Below are positions 1 through 11,600 of a stretch of DNA of 64,000 nucleotides, one piece after another (the first letter of the stretch is position 1; the number at the start of each line of letters is the position of its first letter). The DNA is from Verrucomicrobiota bacterium. Its GTDB lineage: Bacteria > Verrucomicrobiota > Verrucomicrobiia > Verrucomicrobiales > V1-33. Where the stretch lies: the NCBI GenBank assembly GCA_039795165.1, contig JBDKER010000012.1:50057-114056 (forward strand), given 5' to 3'. Below the pieces are notes generated by a model, which ran no database searches, was not told where the DNA came from, and worked only from the letters and a program-made list of their open reading frames with translations. Both the position numbers and the translations under genes were made by a program.

Positions 1-1602
1 CTGGAAGGGGAGCCAATCTGTGGCGAGCATCCACTGGACTGGGGAGGCGTGGGTGGCGGCGGCGGGGAATGGAGGGTTTTCCGGGTGTTCACCTGGCCAT
101 GAGCGGACCACGACGCGTCCGGTGAAGAGCGAGCCCGGGGCCGGCATGCCGTAGGTGAGTTCCCAGATGGTTTCGTGCCGGCCGCCAGGTGCGGCGGAGG
201 CTTCCGTGACCACTTCGGCCACGCCCGGTTCGAGCGGGAGTCCGAGGGGGTGGTAGGAAGGGAGGGCGGGATCCGATGACTGGCCGTGACTGGCGAGGTA
301 GCGGATCATGGTGATGGGACGCGGGCCGGAGTGGTAGCGTTTGAGCGACCATGCGGCGCATGCGGCGTCGTGGAGACTGGCGGCGAGGGCGAAGTAGAGT
401 TTGGTGTCCCATTCGAGGGCATCGGCGACGGGAGTGGTTCCCCCGATGAGGCGTGGGAGGTCGGGACGGTCCGAGATTTCGTTGGCGAGGACGTGCCAGT
501 GACCTGGCGGGGTTTCCGAGTCAGGGCCGTCGGCCCAGTATTCTGCGAGGACGCGCCCGAAGTCGCCGCGCGGGACGAGGTGCTGGCGGTAGGGATGGCC
601 GGTGGCGGGGTTCCGTGGGTATCCGCGGCTTTCGTCCGAGCCGATCGGGCAGTTTCCGAGGGAAGCCGGGGAGATATCGATGAGGGTGGGGTCATTGAGT
701 GCAGCGCTGAAGCGGAGCACATCCATGACGCCGGCGCGGTACTTGGCATCCGATGGGGAAGGCAGTCCGGGCAGGCTGAGTTTTGATGGGCCTCCGAACG
801 GGTCGGTCCATGGTTTCGAGGGATTGCTGCGGGTCAGGCTGAACGGGGTAATGGCGAGGCCCTGGACGCCGACGAAGGGCTGGACGCCGCCGGGTTGGGG
901 GATGCCGTTCTGGGTGATGCCGATGGAGAATTCGAGAGGCTGCCAGAAATTGGGATGGGTGGCCTGCGGGATGCCGAGTCCGAGGGGCATGTCCGGCTGG
1001 AAGGCACCGTTCATGCCGAGGACCGGCATGGGGGTGAGGACATTGGGATTGACGTTGGAGCGGTAGGGTTCCGGGAAATCCGTGAGGCTGAATCCGTCGT
1101 CGCGTGCCCATGAGAGGACCGAGGCGGCGCAGCGTTTACCGAGTTCTGCGGGGGTGGCGGCGGAGGTGGGCGGGGCGAGGGCGGTCGATGGCGAGTAACC
1201 CAGCGAGGAGAGGAGGGCGTCGAGGCGCGGAAGAGTTTCCGTGGCACCGGGTCCGCTGCGGAAGCGGTCGCGGATGATGAGGTAGGCGCTGTAGCTGACT
1301 GCTTCGCGGCGGGCGTCGGGTCTGGCGTCGGGCGGGAGTGGAAGTTTTTCGTGATGGAGGTAGCCGACGGCGATGGGGTCGAAGGCGGCCCATGCGCTGT
1401 ACATGGCGGCGGCGGAGTGGAAGAGGGTCCGGGCGTGCGCTGGCGGGTTGGGGACATTGCGCCTGATGGCACCGAGCAATTCCTCGTTCCAGATGCGCGC
1501 GGCTGATTTTTCTGCGGCGGCGGCGGGCAGCAGGGCGGCGAGGACTGCAGCCGTGCCGAGGCCAAGGCCGAGGAACGAGCCGGGGCTGTGGCGTGGGTTC
1601 AT
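1..1602 (-). CDS. Secreted vanadium-dependent haloperoxidase-like (PAP2 superfamily) protein, 3' end outside the window
   Basis: Not in the ORF track because it runs off the edge. Hand translation from ATG 1602 (ATGA overlap with the upstream stop) gives a signal peptide, then SAARIWNEELLGAIRRNVPNPPAHARTLFH, RVLAEYWADGPDSETPPGHW, LHDAACAAWSLKRYHSGPRPITMIRY and ends ...DWLPFQ at base 1. KxxxxxxRP is motif 1 of the family. Confidence 0.85.
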   Translation of the reverse strand, partial: MNPRHSPGSFLGLGLGTAAVLAALLPAAAAEKSAARIWNEELLGAIRRNVPNPPAHARTLFHSAAAMYSAWAAFDPIAVGYLHHEKLPLPPDARPDARREAVSYSAYLIIRDRFRSGPGATETLPRLDALLSSLGYSPSTALAPPTSAATPAELGKRCAASVLSWARDDGFSLTDFPEPYRSNVNPNVLTPMPVLGMNGAFQPDMPLGLGIPQATHPNFWQPLEFSIGITQNGIPQPGGVQPFVGVQGLAITPFSLTRSNPSKPWTDPFGGPSKLSLPGLPSPSDAKYRAGVMDVLRFSAALNDPTLIDISPASLGNCPIGSDESRGYPRNPATGHPYRQHLVPRGDFGRVLAEYWADGPDSETPPGHWHVLANEISDRPDLPRLIGGTTPVADALEWDTKLYFALAASLHDAACAAWSLKRYHSGPRPITMIRYLASHGQSSDPALPSYHPLGLPLEPGVAEVVTEASAAPGGRHETIWELTYGMPAPGSLFTGRVVVRSWPGEHPENPPFPAAATHASPVQWMLATDWLPFQ

Positions 1603-2549
1603 GGGGAGGGAGTCAACCGCAGGCGGAGGTAGGTCCGGGGATTTGCTTCGAGGGTGGCAGCGGTGCGGAACAGGAAGGAGCCCGGGGTGGTTGACGGAAG
1701 GACGACCGTGGCGCTGGGGGAAGCGTCCCACTGCTGGAGGTCCGGCGAGATTTCCGGGGACAGGGCGAGCGCTGCGCGGGGGTCGCAGGAGAAGCGGAGC
1801 GAGAGGTGGCGGCCGCTGGCCGAGGCCGCGATGCCTGATTCCGAGCTGAGCTGAGGGAGGCTGGTGGCGAGCAGGGGCCAGGACATGCCTGCGTATTCCG
1901 AGATATTGGGGACGCCGTCGCCGTCCGGGTCGGCGGCTGGACCGCTGATGGCCGGGTTCGCGAGCTGGGTGGCGGAGAAGTGGAGTTTCTGCCAATCCGT
2001 CCAGCGGAGGATTGGTGGGGAATTGTTCCCGGCATTTTCCGTGCGGTAGAAGAACTGTGGAGTGCCTTGGTTGGCGACCGATCCTGCGGCGGTGATGACG
2101 CTGCTGTTGGCCGTCCAGAAGATGGGTGGCCCGCCGAGGGGGCTGCCGGTGGGCCAGTTCCATGTGGAGCGGCGCAGGAGGATCCATTCGGAACCGGCGA
2201 TACCCCAGACCCATGCGGGGTTACCCGAGGTGAAGGGAATGGGGTTGCTGGTGAAGTTGACTTCTCCGCTGAAGTAGCGGGTGGCCGGGTCCCAGCGGGC
2301 AATGGAAGCTGTGTGCCAGCGCTGGGCCCATTCCGAGCGGTTGGCTGCGGTCGGGGTGAATTCCCGGTCGAAGACACCGAGGAGGAAGATGGTGGTAGCC
2401 GGGAGGGGTTGGCCGGCTGACGTGGCGTGCGGGCGGTCGATGAGGGTATCCCAGATGATCTGGGTGGCAGTGCCACGGGTTGAGCCCATGAGGAAGGCTG
2501 CGGTGGCGAGGACCGGAAGCCGGAAAGGGGCCGGGCAGAGAGAGATCAT
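1599..2549 (-). CDS. Secreted protein: Trp-rich N-terminal domain plus C-terminal ADPDGDG...YLRL module
   Basis: 316-aa ORF with a signal-peptide-like N-terminus, WTDWQ..GPAADPDGDGVPNISEYA and terminal RTYLRLRL. The N-domain resembles the PEP-CTERM protein at 13174-13857. Confidence 0.8.
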   Translation of the reverse strand: MISLCPAPFRLPVLATAAFLMGSTRGTATQIIWDTLIDRPHATSAGQPLPATTIFLLGVFDREFTPTAANRSEWAQRWHTASIARWDPATRYFSGEVNFTSNPIPFTSGNPAWVWGIAGSEWILLRRSTWNWPTGSPLGGPPIFWTANSSVITAAGSVANQGTPQFFYRTENAGNNSPPILRWTDWQKLHFSATQLANPAISGPAADPDGDGVPNISEYAGMSWPLLATSLPQLSSESGIAASASGRHLSLRFSCDPRAALALSPEISPDLQQWDASPSATVVLPSTTPGSFLFRTAATLEANPRTYLRLRLTPSP

Positions 2550-2605
2550 TGGAAGGCTTAGTGAAATCGGAAGGAAGGGAGGCTCTGCTGGTGGTTTCCG
2601 GAACG

Positions 2606-2650
2606 CCCACGCGGGAGGGGAGTTCTGTGGAACTCGCCCTCCCGCGGGGG
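2606..2650. terminator. Long GC-rich intergenic hairpin downstream of the giant gene (terminator or mRNA-stabilising stem)
   Basis: CGCGGGAGGGGAGTTC-tgtg-GAACTCGCCCTCCCGCG inverted repeat; no clear U-tract. Confidence 0.45.
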
Positions 2651-2675
2651 ATTTGCCGTAACGGAATGCTGTGCC

Positions 2676-5600
2676 TTACGGAGTCCAGGGCACTGGCATC
2701 ACGTAGTCGCTGTGGTTGCTCTTCATGTTGAGGTACTGGCTGCGGAGCGGGCGGAAGATCAGTTCATCATTGGCATTGATGAGGCTGCTGCTTCCGGCCT
2801 GCGTGTAGTAGTTGAGGGCCCCTGACTTCAGATAGAAGCGGGCGTCGTAGCTGAACTGGCCCGGCGTGGTATCCGCTCTCCAGAGCATGACCTGATCCGC
2901 GAGTCCCATGCTGGCGGCTCCGTTGAACGGTGTGGCCGAAGCCGCTGATGGGTTCACGAGGGCGCGGTCGGCGACACTGGCGGCGACGGGCCATGGATTC
3001 GGGATGAACGAGTAGCCGGTGGCCAGCGGGCGGGCGAACTTGGCTTCGCGGACCGAGCCGGCCTGCGTCTGGGTCAGCGTGCTCACGTGGCGGTGGACGA
3101 ACATGCCGGCGCCCGGGTCGAGGATATGGTCGCCGCGGTCGGCCGTACCTGTGTCAGTATTGACCCATGTCGGGGTGCCGGAGACGTCGAGCAGGTAGTA
3201 GGTTTCCCAGCTGCCGTTCTCGAAGATGAGGACGTAGTCTGGATCGGTGCTGCCGTCACTCACGCTGTAATCGGCGGGCGGGAACTGTTCCGCGAGCGTC
3301 TTGTAGGCACGGACGGCGATGCTGGCTCCTGCGATGTCCGGGAGAGCTGCCAGCGTGTTCCGCGGGCTGGCTTTGGTCACGAGCGTGGCCGAGGTGCTCG
3401 CGGCGGTATCGATTTCGATGCGGTGGCCTTCGTATGGGCCGCTGAGGATATCGAGGTAGTACGACTTGCCAGCTTCCCAGAGGGTAGCGAGCGGAGCATT
3501 GCCGATGGCGGTGGCGACGTTGACATTGCTGCCGGAGACCGCACCTGCGGCACCGGTGAAGACCGGGCAGGAATCGAAGGGCAGGCAGATGCTTTCGCAG
3601 TTCACGAGGAGCGTCTGGTCCATCCAGCCTTCCACATTGCTGCGGACGATGACATCGGGTGTGCCCGGATCGTTGTCGGTATCCACTGCGACCACTGAGC
3701 GGACGAAGCCCTTGCCGCCGGACAGAGCGACGATGCTTTCGAGGTCCTCGAAGCAGGCCATCTGCGAGCCGTCTGGAGCCGTGATGTAGGTTGGGGTGAT
3801 GCCCGAGTCCGTCCAGCCGGCGCCATTCGGGCCGCTGCTGTTGAGGTCGGCGATGTATTCGAGGCTGTAGGTGACACCGGTGATGCCGTTAACGGTGTGG
3901 ACGCAGGCGTCGATGGTGCCGTCAGGGTTGAAGACGAGGCGGATGGCGCATTCATCGACACCGCTGGAAGGATCGAAGCAGTAGACGAACTCCTGGAGGT
4001 TCGACCAGCGGTCGCCGTCCGGGTTGGCGGTCGGGCCATTGCTGCCGCCGAGCGGGTTGAGGGCCTGCCATTCCGCCCATGAGGTCGGGCATTCCGTCCG
4101 GATGAGGAAGTCGTTGCCCGTATCCACCTCTGCTTCGCCGATGGTGACGGGGATGCGGTTGTCGGTGGTATCCGTGTTCGCGACGGTGTCCGTGTCGGGG
4201 GTGGAGTCACCATCCTTCACGAGGACATAGCCGGTCGGCAGTGTCTGGACGACCACGTAATCGCCTGCCGGCAGCGATGTGAAGCTGTAGGAACCATCTG
4301 CTGCGGTCGTGGTGGTGGCGAGGAGGGTGCCGGGCACGCCGCCGCCAGCATCGGTGTACAGTTTAATGGTGACGCCGGCGCGGGGTTCATCGGCGATGCC
4401 GTCTCCGGTCGTATCGACCTCGACCTTGCCTGAGATGCCGCCGGGGACATAGAAGCCGTCGTGCACGTCCGACACTTCGGAACCGGCCACTGCGGTGATC
4501 GGGGTGGTGTCATCGCCCTGCGTGCGGGCCGCCCCGTCCGGGAGATTTGGATCGGTGAGGTCTACCGCGGCAAGAGTGGAGCCGGGAGGCACGGCGGCTG
4601 ACCAGTTTCCATCGGCGTCGGTAGTGACGCGGTGGACGAGCCCGTTGGCATCCGTGACGAGGACGTCCACGTTGGCGAGGCCTTCTTCGCCCGGGTCCTG
4701 GACGCCATTGCCGTTGGTGTCGAGGTAGAGGCGGCCTTTGACCGTGGCGGTGCCGCGGTAGCCAAAGTCGGCCGTCGCGAGGTCGGTGGCCTCGGGCAAG
4801 GTGACCGTAGCGACATCGGCGGAGGCAATGCTGTCGAGGTCATAGGTTGGCGTCAGGCCCGCTGGCAGCGAGCTAGTGCTGACCCGGACCACGTAGGTTC
4901 CCGGGATGAGACCCTCAAAGAGGTAGAGGCCGGAGCCATCGGTGACGTCTGATGGTTCATTGGCATCCTTGTCCCCGTCATTGTTGTAGTCGAGGAAGAC
5001 GGTGACACCGGAGAGGAGGTTTTCGCCGGGATCGACGGTGCCATCTCCGTCCATGTCGTACCAGACAGTGTCTCCGATGCTGGAGTTCCCCTGGAAGCCG
5101 AAGTCTGCGTCACTGATGGAAGGCGTGGTGTCGTCGAGCGTGACGGTGTACTCTCCATCCATGATGGCATCCGGTTCCGTGACGAGGCTGCTGCCGTCTG
5201 GGTACGTGGTGAGGTCGATGGCCACGGTATAGGTACCGTGCAGCAGGTTGCCGAGGGAGTAGGCACCGTTGCTGTCGCTGATGGCGCTTGGTTCCGTGGC
5301 GGAATCCCAATTGCCGTCACCATCGAGGTCGAGGTAGACGTGGACACCGCTGATGGGCAGTTCGGTGGCATCCTGGACACCGTCGCCATTGGCGTCGTTC
5401 CAGATGTAGTCGCCGATGCTGCCTGTGCCGCGGTAGCCGAAGTCCATATCTGTGACGATGTCACCTCCGGCCACGGTCTGCACGATCTTGTGGTTGGGAG
5501 TGACGAGTCCGCCATCCTTGTCGAAGGTCTGGGTGGAACCGCCGGGGAGGGTGGCTTGATCCACGGAGACCGTGTAGGTTCCCGGGGTGAGGCCGCCGAA

Positions 5601-8600
5601 GCTGTATTCGCCGTCGGCATTGGTTGTCGTGCGGACGTCAACTCCGGCATCGAACACGCCGTCTCCATCGATATCGAGGAAGACATCGACGCCGACGAGG
5701 AAGGGCTCGCCCGGGTCGAGGACACCATTGCCATTGCGATCTTCCCAGAGGTGCCCGCCGATCGTGGCGGTGCCGGATGGCTGATAGAGGCCGAAGTCGA
5801 CAGTATTGATGGACGCGGTGGTCAGGGTGACTTCCGAGGTGCCATCTTTAGTGGCATCTGGATCACCTGTGATGGTGACGCCGGCTGGGATGGTGAGCGG
5901 GTCGAGAGTGACCTGGTAGGTACCCGGGAGCAGACCAGTGATGGCGTAGGCACCGCTGGCGTCGGTCTGAGCGAATGGTTCGTGGGTGTCGCGGGTGCCG
6001 TCACCATCAGTATCGATGAAGACGTAGAGCGACGAGATACCTGTTTCGCCAACGTCCTGGACGCCATCGCCGTTGGTGTCGTTCCAGACGAAGTCGCCGA
6101 TGCTGAGTGATCCCTGGTAACCGAAGTCCGCGGTGGTGTGGGTGTCGGCGGCTCCGAGGGTGACTGTTGTTTTGTTGTCCTTGGTGCTGTCCGGGTCGCC
6201 GGTGGAGGTGGCCGATGCGATGGCACCGTCCTTCACGACTGTGACTGTGTAGGTACCCGGGGGCAGATTGCCGATGGAGTATGCGCCGGCGGCGTCGGTG
6301 ACATCCGACGGTTCGTTGGCGTCCTTCACGCCGTCGTTATCGAGGTCGAGGAAGACTGTGATGCCGGAGATGGGGAGTTCATTGGTGTCCTGGATGCCAT
6401 CGCCATTGGCGTCGTTCCAGACGTAGTCGCCAATGGAGGAATTCCCCGTGTAGCCGAAATCGGCGGTGGCGAGGTCCTGGCCTGGGGTGAGGGAGATGGA
6501 GGCCGTGTTGGCGGTGGCGGTGCCATCGAGATCGTAGCTTGGGGTGGCTCCGGCTGGGAGGCTCGTGATGCGGACCTTGTAGCTACCGGGGAGGACGCCT
6601 TCGATGAGGTAGGCTCCGGTGCTGTCGGTGAGGTCCGAAGGTTCGCCGACGTCGAAGGTGCCGTCGTCATCGAGGTCGAGGTAGACCCTTGCGCCGGAGA
6701 TGGGGAATTCCGAGGCATCCTGGATGCCGTCGCCAGTCACATCCCACCAGACGTAATCGCCGACCGAGGCGAGCTGCACATTGACGAAGTTGTTGCCATT
6801 ATCGCTTTCGCCGGGGGTCAGGGTAACCGGGATGCGGTTGTCCGTGGTGCTGGCATTGGCGAGGTCGTCGGCTGGGTCGGTGGTGTCACCGTCCGCGACG
6901 AGCTGGTAACCGTCGGGTGGGGTCTGCACGACCACGTAGTTTCCGGACGGGAGGCCCGTGAAGGAGTAGTTGCCATCTGCGTCCGTAGTGGTGGTTGCGA
7001 GGATGGTGCCGGGCACGCCGCTGCCTGCATCCGTGTAGAGCGTGATGGTGACCCCGGCGAGCGGGGCATCGCCGGTGCCATCGTTGTTCGAATCGGCAAG
7101 GACAGTTCCCGAGATGTCCCCGCTGTTGCGGCTGATGTAGTAGTCCTCGACTTCCCCGTCGATGGCTTCGCCGCTGTAGGAAAGCAGGGCGACAGGTGGC
7201 TGGCTCGTGAAGAGGCGAGCGCGGCTGTACCACGACTGGGCGTCATTGGTGAGGGTATTGGGGGGGATGCTGAATCCGAGGTTCTGGCTATCGCCGTCAG
7301 CGACTGGCTGGCTGATGACCATTTCGCCGCTGTCGAGGAAGTCGCCGTCGTTGTTCCAGTCGATCCATACGACCAGCCATCCGCTGCCCGTGATAGTGGC
7401 GGAGAGGGAACCGGAACCGGGGTCCGTGACCGTGGCTCCGGCCGTCCATGCGTTGGCATTGAACAGAATGCCGTTTTCGTCGGCACCATCACCGGTGGCG
7501 TAGAGGGATTCCGCTCCATTCACTTCGGTATCCGGCGGGGAGTTGCCGAGGTAGGTGGTGAATCCTCCGGATGGTTCAGCGTGACGGGCACCGTTGTCCT
7601 CGATGCTGGTGAGGTTGTAAGAGGCAGGGAGGTCGCCGAAATCGAACAGTCCGGCAGAGAAGGCAAAGTCGACATCGGCGACATTGACTCCTGCGATGGC
7701 GACGGTCTGCACGACAGCGAAGGTGGATTCGGTGACGCTTGAGACTGCCGCGTTATTGGCAGTGGTGGTATTGAGGGTCGCTCCTGAAAGTGCCGGGGTA
7801 TCCTTGTTGATGAGGACCTGGTAGGTACCGTTCACGAGCCCATCGAAGCTGTAGTTTCCGAAGGCATCGGTCTGCGTGGTGCCGAGCAGCTTGTTGTTGC
7901 CGTCGTAAAGGTAGACAGTGAAGCCGGCGAGTTCGATCTCGGTCGCCGGGGTATCGGCGGTTCCGAGAGTGCCTCCGTCATTGGTGACGATGGTGCCGCT
8001 CAGGGAGTAGTCGCCGCCGAGAGCGAAGCCGAAGTCGATGTCGTCATTGAGGCCGGCGGCTCCGGTGTCGGCATTGCCATCAAGCGTCTGGACGACACCA
8101 CCCGACACTGTGAAGGTGGCGGAGGTGGTTGGCGAGGTGGTGCCGCCAACTGGATCGAAGGTCGGCACAAGCGGAGCAAGGTAGTGCAGCGGTCCGCCGG
8201 GTGCGAAGTTCGCGGCGTCCACGGTGATGGTCCAGGATCCATCCGGGATATTGGCGAGGCTCCATTTGCCATCGAAGTCGGTGGTGACCTGATAGTTTGT
8301 GCTGCCGTTGGAGATGGTGAGCGAGACATTGGCGATGCCAGATTCGCCTGCGTCTTCAAAGCCATCGGCATCGAGGTCGAACCAGACGGTATCTCCGATG
8401 ACGACCGAGGGCTGGTAACCGAAGTCGGCTCCGGTGTAGGTGAGGCCGGGAGTCAGGGTGATCCCGGTGTCGGCATCATCCGATGGCGGAAGCGACGCAA
8501 AGGCTGGCTCTGTCGAGGGGTACGGGACGCCGTCGCGGTCCGGGTCGGCGGTCTGGACCAGGCCGCTGAGGACCGTGCTGAGGCCGCTGTCGCGTCGAAC

Positions 8601-11600
8601 CACGACCACGTACTGGCCTTCGGGCAGGCCGCTGAAGAGGTAGAAGCCTACGGGTTTCGAGGGGTCGGAGGAATTGGTGACGGTCGACGCGACCTCTGGT
8701 TCACCGGGATCGAAGATGCCATCGCCATCGGTATCCCGGTAGAGGGAGACGTTGACTCCGCCGATGCCTGGTTCGTTCCAGTCCTGCGTGCCGTTGCCGT
8801 TGTTATCGTAGAATACCATGTCGCCCACGGAGGCCGACGGAGCGAATCCGAAATCGGCGAGCAGGTAGGTCTGGGCAGCGGCAAGGGACACGCTGTGCGG
8901 GTCATCGCTGGTGCTGAGGTAGTCGGCCGGCATGTCGGGATCGGCGGCATCGACGTCGACGAGGTAGTTGGCGGGCGGGAGACCGGAGAACAGGTAGTTG
9001 CCGTCGGCGTCGGTCGATGTCTCCGCGACGAGGACGTCATTGGCGTCGAGGATGCCATCGCCGGTGGAATCGTAGTAGAGTCGAACGGTGATGGAAGGGA
9101 TGCCGACTTCATAGGCGTCGTGGATGCCGTCGGCGCTGGTATCGACGAACACCTTGTTGCCGATGCTTCCGGTGCCGTCGGTGACGTATCCGAAGTCGAC
9201 GGTGCTGATGGAAGCCGTGGTGATTTCCACCTTCGCGGAGTTATCGGCGACGCCGTCGTAGTCCTGCGTCTGTTCTGCGTTGGCCGGGAGGTCTGCCGGA
9301 TCGACGAGGACGAGGTACTTGGCGGCGGGGAGGTTCGGGAAACCGTAGACTCCGGAGGCATCGGTTACGTCCGTTGCAATGAGGGCATCGGTGGTGGGAT
9401 CGATGAGTCCGTCGCCGTTTTCGTCCTCGTAGAGCGAGACAGTGACTCCTGCGATTCCGGGTTCGCCGGCGTCCTGGGTGCTGTCGCCGTCGACATCGAG
9501 GTAGACCGTGTCGCCCAGCGCGAAGGATCCCTGTGGCTGGTAGGCGAAGTCGCGGTTGGGGTAGAGCGTGGACGTTCCCGAGGCGTTGACGAAGAGAGAA
9601 CTGTCGAGGGTGCCGTCATTGCCGTACTCGAAGGTCTGGACAGTGCCTCCCGGTGGGATCACTTCGACGCGGTAGTTGAGGGAGCTTAGGCCCGGGAAGA
9701 GGTAGTAGCCGTTGGCGTCGGTGGTGGTAGTGGCCACAAGGACGGAGCCGTTGTACAGGTTGACCGTCAGTCCGCTGATGTAGTTCTCGCCGGGGTCCTG
9801 GTTACCGTCGCCGTTGTTATCCATGAAGATGGAGCCTGAGATGGCGTTCTGGGTCGATCGGTATCCGAAGTCCTGATCAAGGTTGCTCTGGATCTGACCG
9901 CTGACGGTGGCGAGCGTCACGGAACTCGTGGAATCTCCACCGCCGTTGGGGTCCTGGAAGTTGGTGAAGGTGCTGAAGGGCAGAGTCGACTCATCGACGG
10001 TGACGGTGTAGGTACCGGCGCTGAGGCCTTCGAAGAGGTAGTTGCCGTTGGCATCGGTGTAGGCCTGGGCTCCGTTGTCGAGGACGACGAGCACGTTGGC
10101 AAGGCCCTCGCCGGCGTCGTACACGCCATTGCTGTTCATGTCCCAGTAGACGAGGTCGCCGATGCGGGCCCGCTGGAGGATGGTGACGTCCTGAATGTCC
10201 TGAGCGCTGTTGGCGCGGCGGCCGTCGGCGTAGTAGGCATTGGCCGTGCTGGCTGTGTTGGAGAAGACTTCCGACGCGAGGGTTCCTGATGGTCCCTTGG
10301 CGCGCAGGGTGATGGAGACGGTGCGGCGGGTGCCGGGATTCACGGGGCCCACGTCGTCCCAGGTGACGGTACCGGTTCCGGTGACCACATTGGAGGGAAC
10401 GGGAGTTGCGGAGACGTAGTCGAACTGGGCTGGGTTGTAGACATCCTTGAGGGGAACCGGGTCGAGGGTATTGTCACCGTAAGTTCCGGTGGGTGGTGCT
10501 GGAGCGTCTGTGGTGACGCGGATGCCGATGGCGTCCGTCCAGAAGACGGCGTTGTCGTTGTTGATGGCGACGACCTTGGCCACGCGGAGGCGGATCTTGG
10601 CTGCCTCGAGCTGTGCCCAGCTGAAAGTGCTGCCGTTGTTCAGATTGGTCATGTTGATGACCAGTTCCTTGGAGGAACCCTGCATCGCGATGAGTTGAGC
10701 GGCGGAGATGAGGGCGTCTGGCGTGGGACTGCCGGTGTCGGCATTATCGATGTGGACCTGAATGGTATCGTCGAAGGTGGATGCGGTGAGGGGCAGCTTG
10801 GACGCGAGCAGCGACTGCACGTATCCTTTGATGACGAGTTCCACCTTGACGATGTTGGAGAGTTTGTCCGGGAAGGTCCATGTCCACGCGGGAGGCTTTG
10901 GATTCGGCCAGATCGCGCTTGAGGGGTCGGCCACGAGCTGGTCCGAGGACGAGGAGAAGTCGATGCGGGCGAAGTTGGCGTCGGGGGAGCCCTGGGCAAG
11001 TGTTCCATTCTGCGCGGTGCGGGCTCCATACACACTGGTGGCGTAGGCCGTCTGGACCGGGAAGCGGAGATCCGGGACGGATTCCGTGTGGTTCTCGACG
11101 TCGATGAAGTAAGTGACGAGATCGCCTTGCTCGTAGGTGGTGGGGTCTGTCCGTTTATTGATCAGGAGGGCTTCGATGAACGGCCAGTCGGCATCGAGGT
11201 AGGCGACGCCGGTGCTGCCGCTGGCGTTGGTCACGTCGAGGGCGACGGTTTTGGATGGTGCCGTGTTTCCAGGGAGGACGTAGCCCTGAGGGAGCTGGGG
11301 ATCGAGGTGATCGACGACCACGATGTAGTTGCCGTCGGGGAGGCTGGTGAATCCGTAGATGCCCGAGGCGTTGGTTTCGGTGGTGGCGTAGACGGGTTCA
11401 TCGGCATCGATGATGCCGTTGCCATTGGCGTCGTAGTAGAGAGAGACGCCGATGTTCGCGAGCCCTGTTTCGCCGGTGGGCAGGCCGTTGCGGTCGGCAT
11501 CGAACCAGACGAGGTCGCCGATGCTATTGGGTCCGGTGAGGAGGGAGACGGTGCTATCGGAAGCGAGTACACCGACGCCATTGTAGCGGGCGATGGCGGT

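Noticed and set aside
4100..11530. Repetitive DNA resembling an array
   Set aside because: These are degenerate protein-level SdrD-B repeats. There is no identical repeat-spacer structure and no cas genes, so it is not CRISPR.
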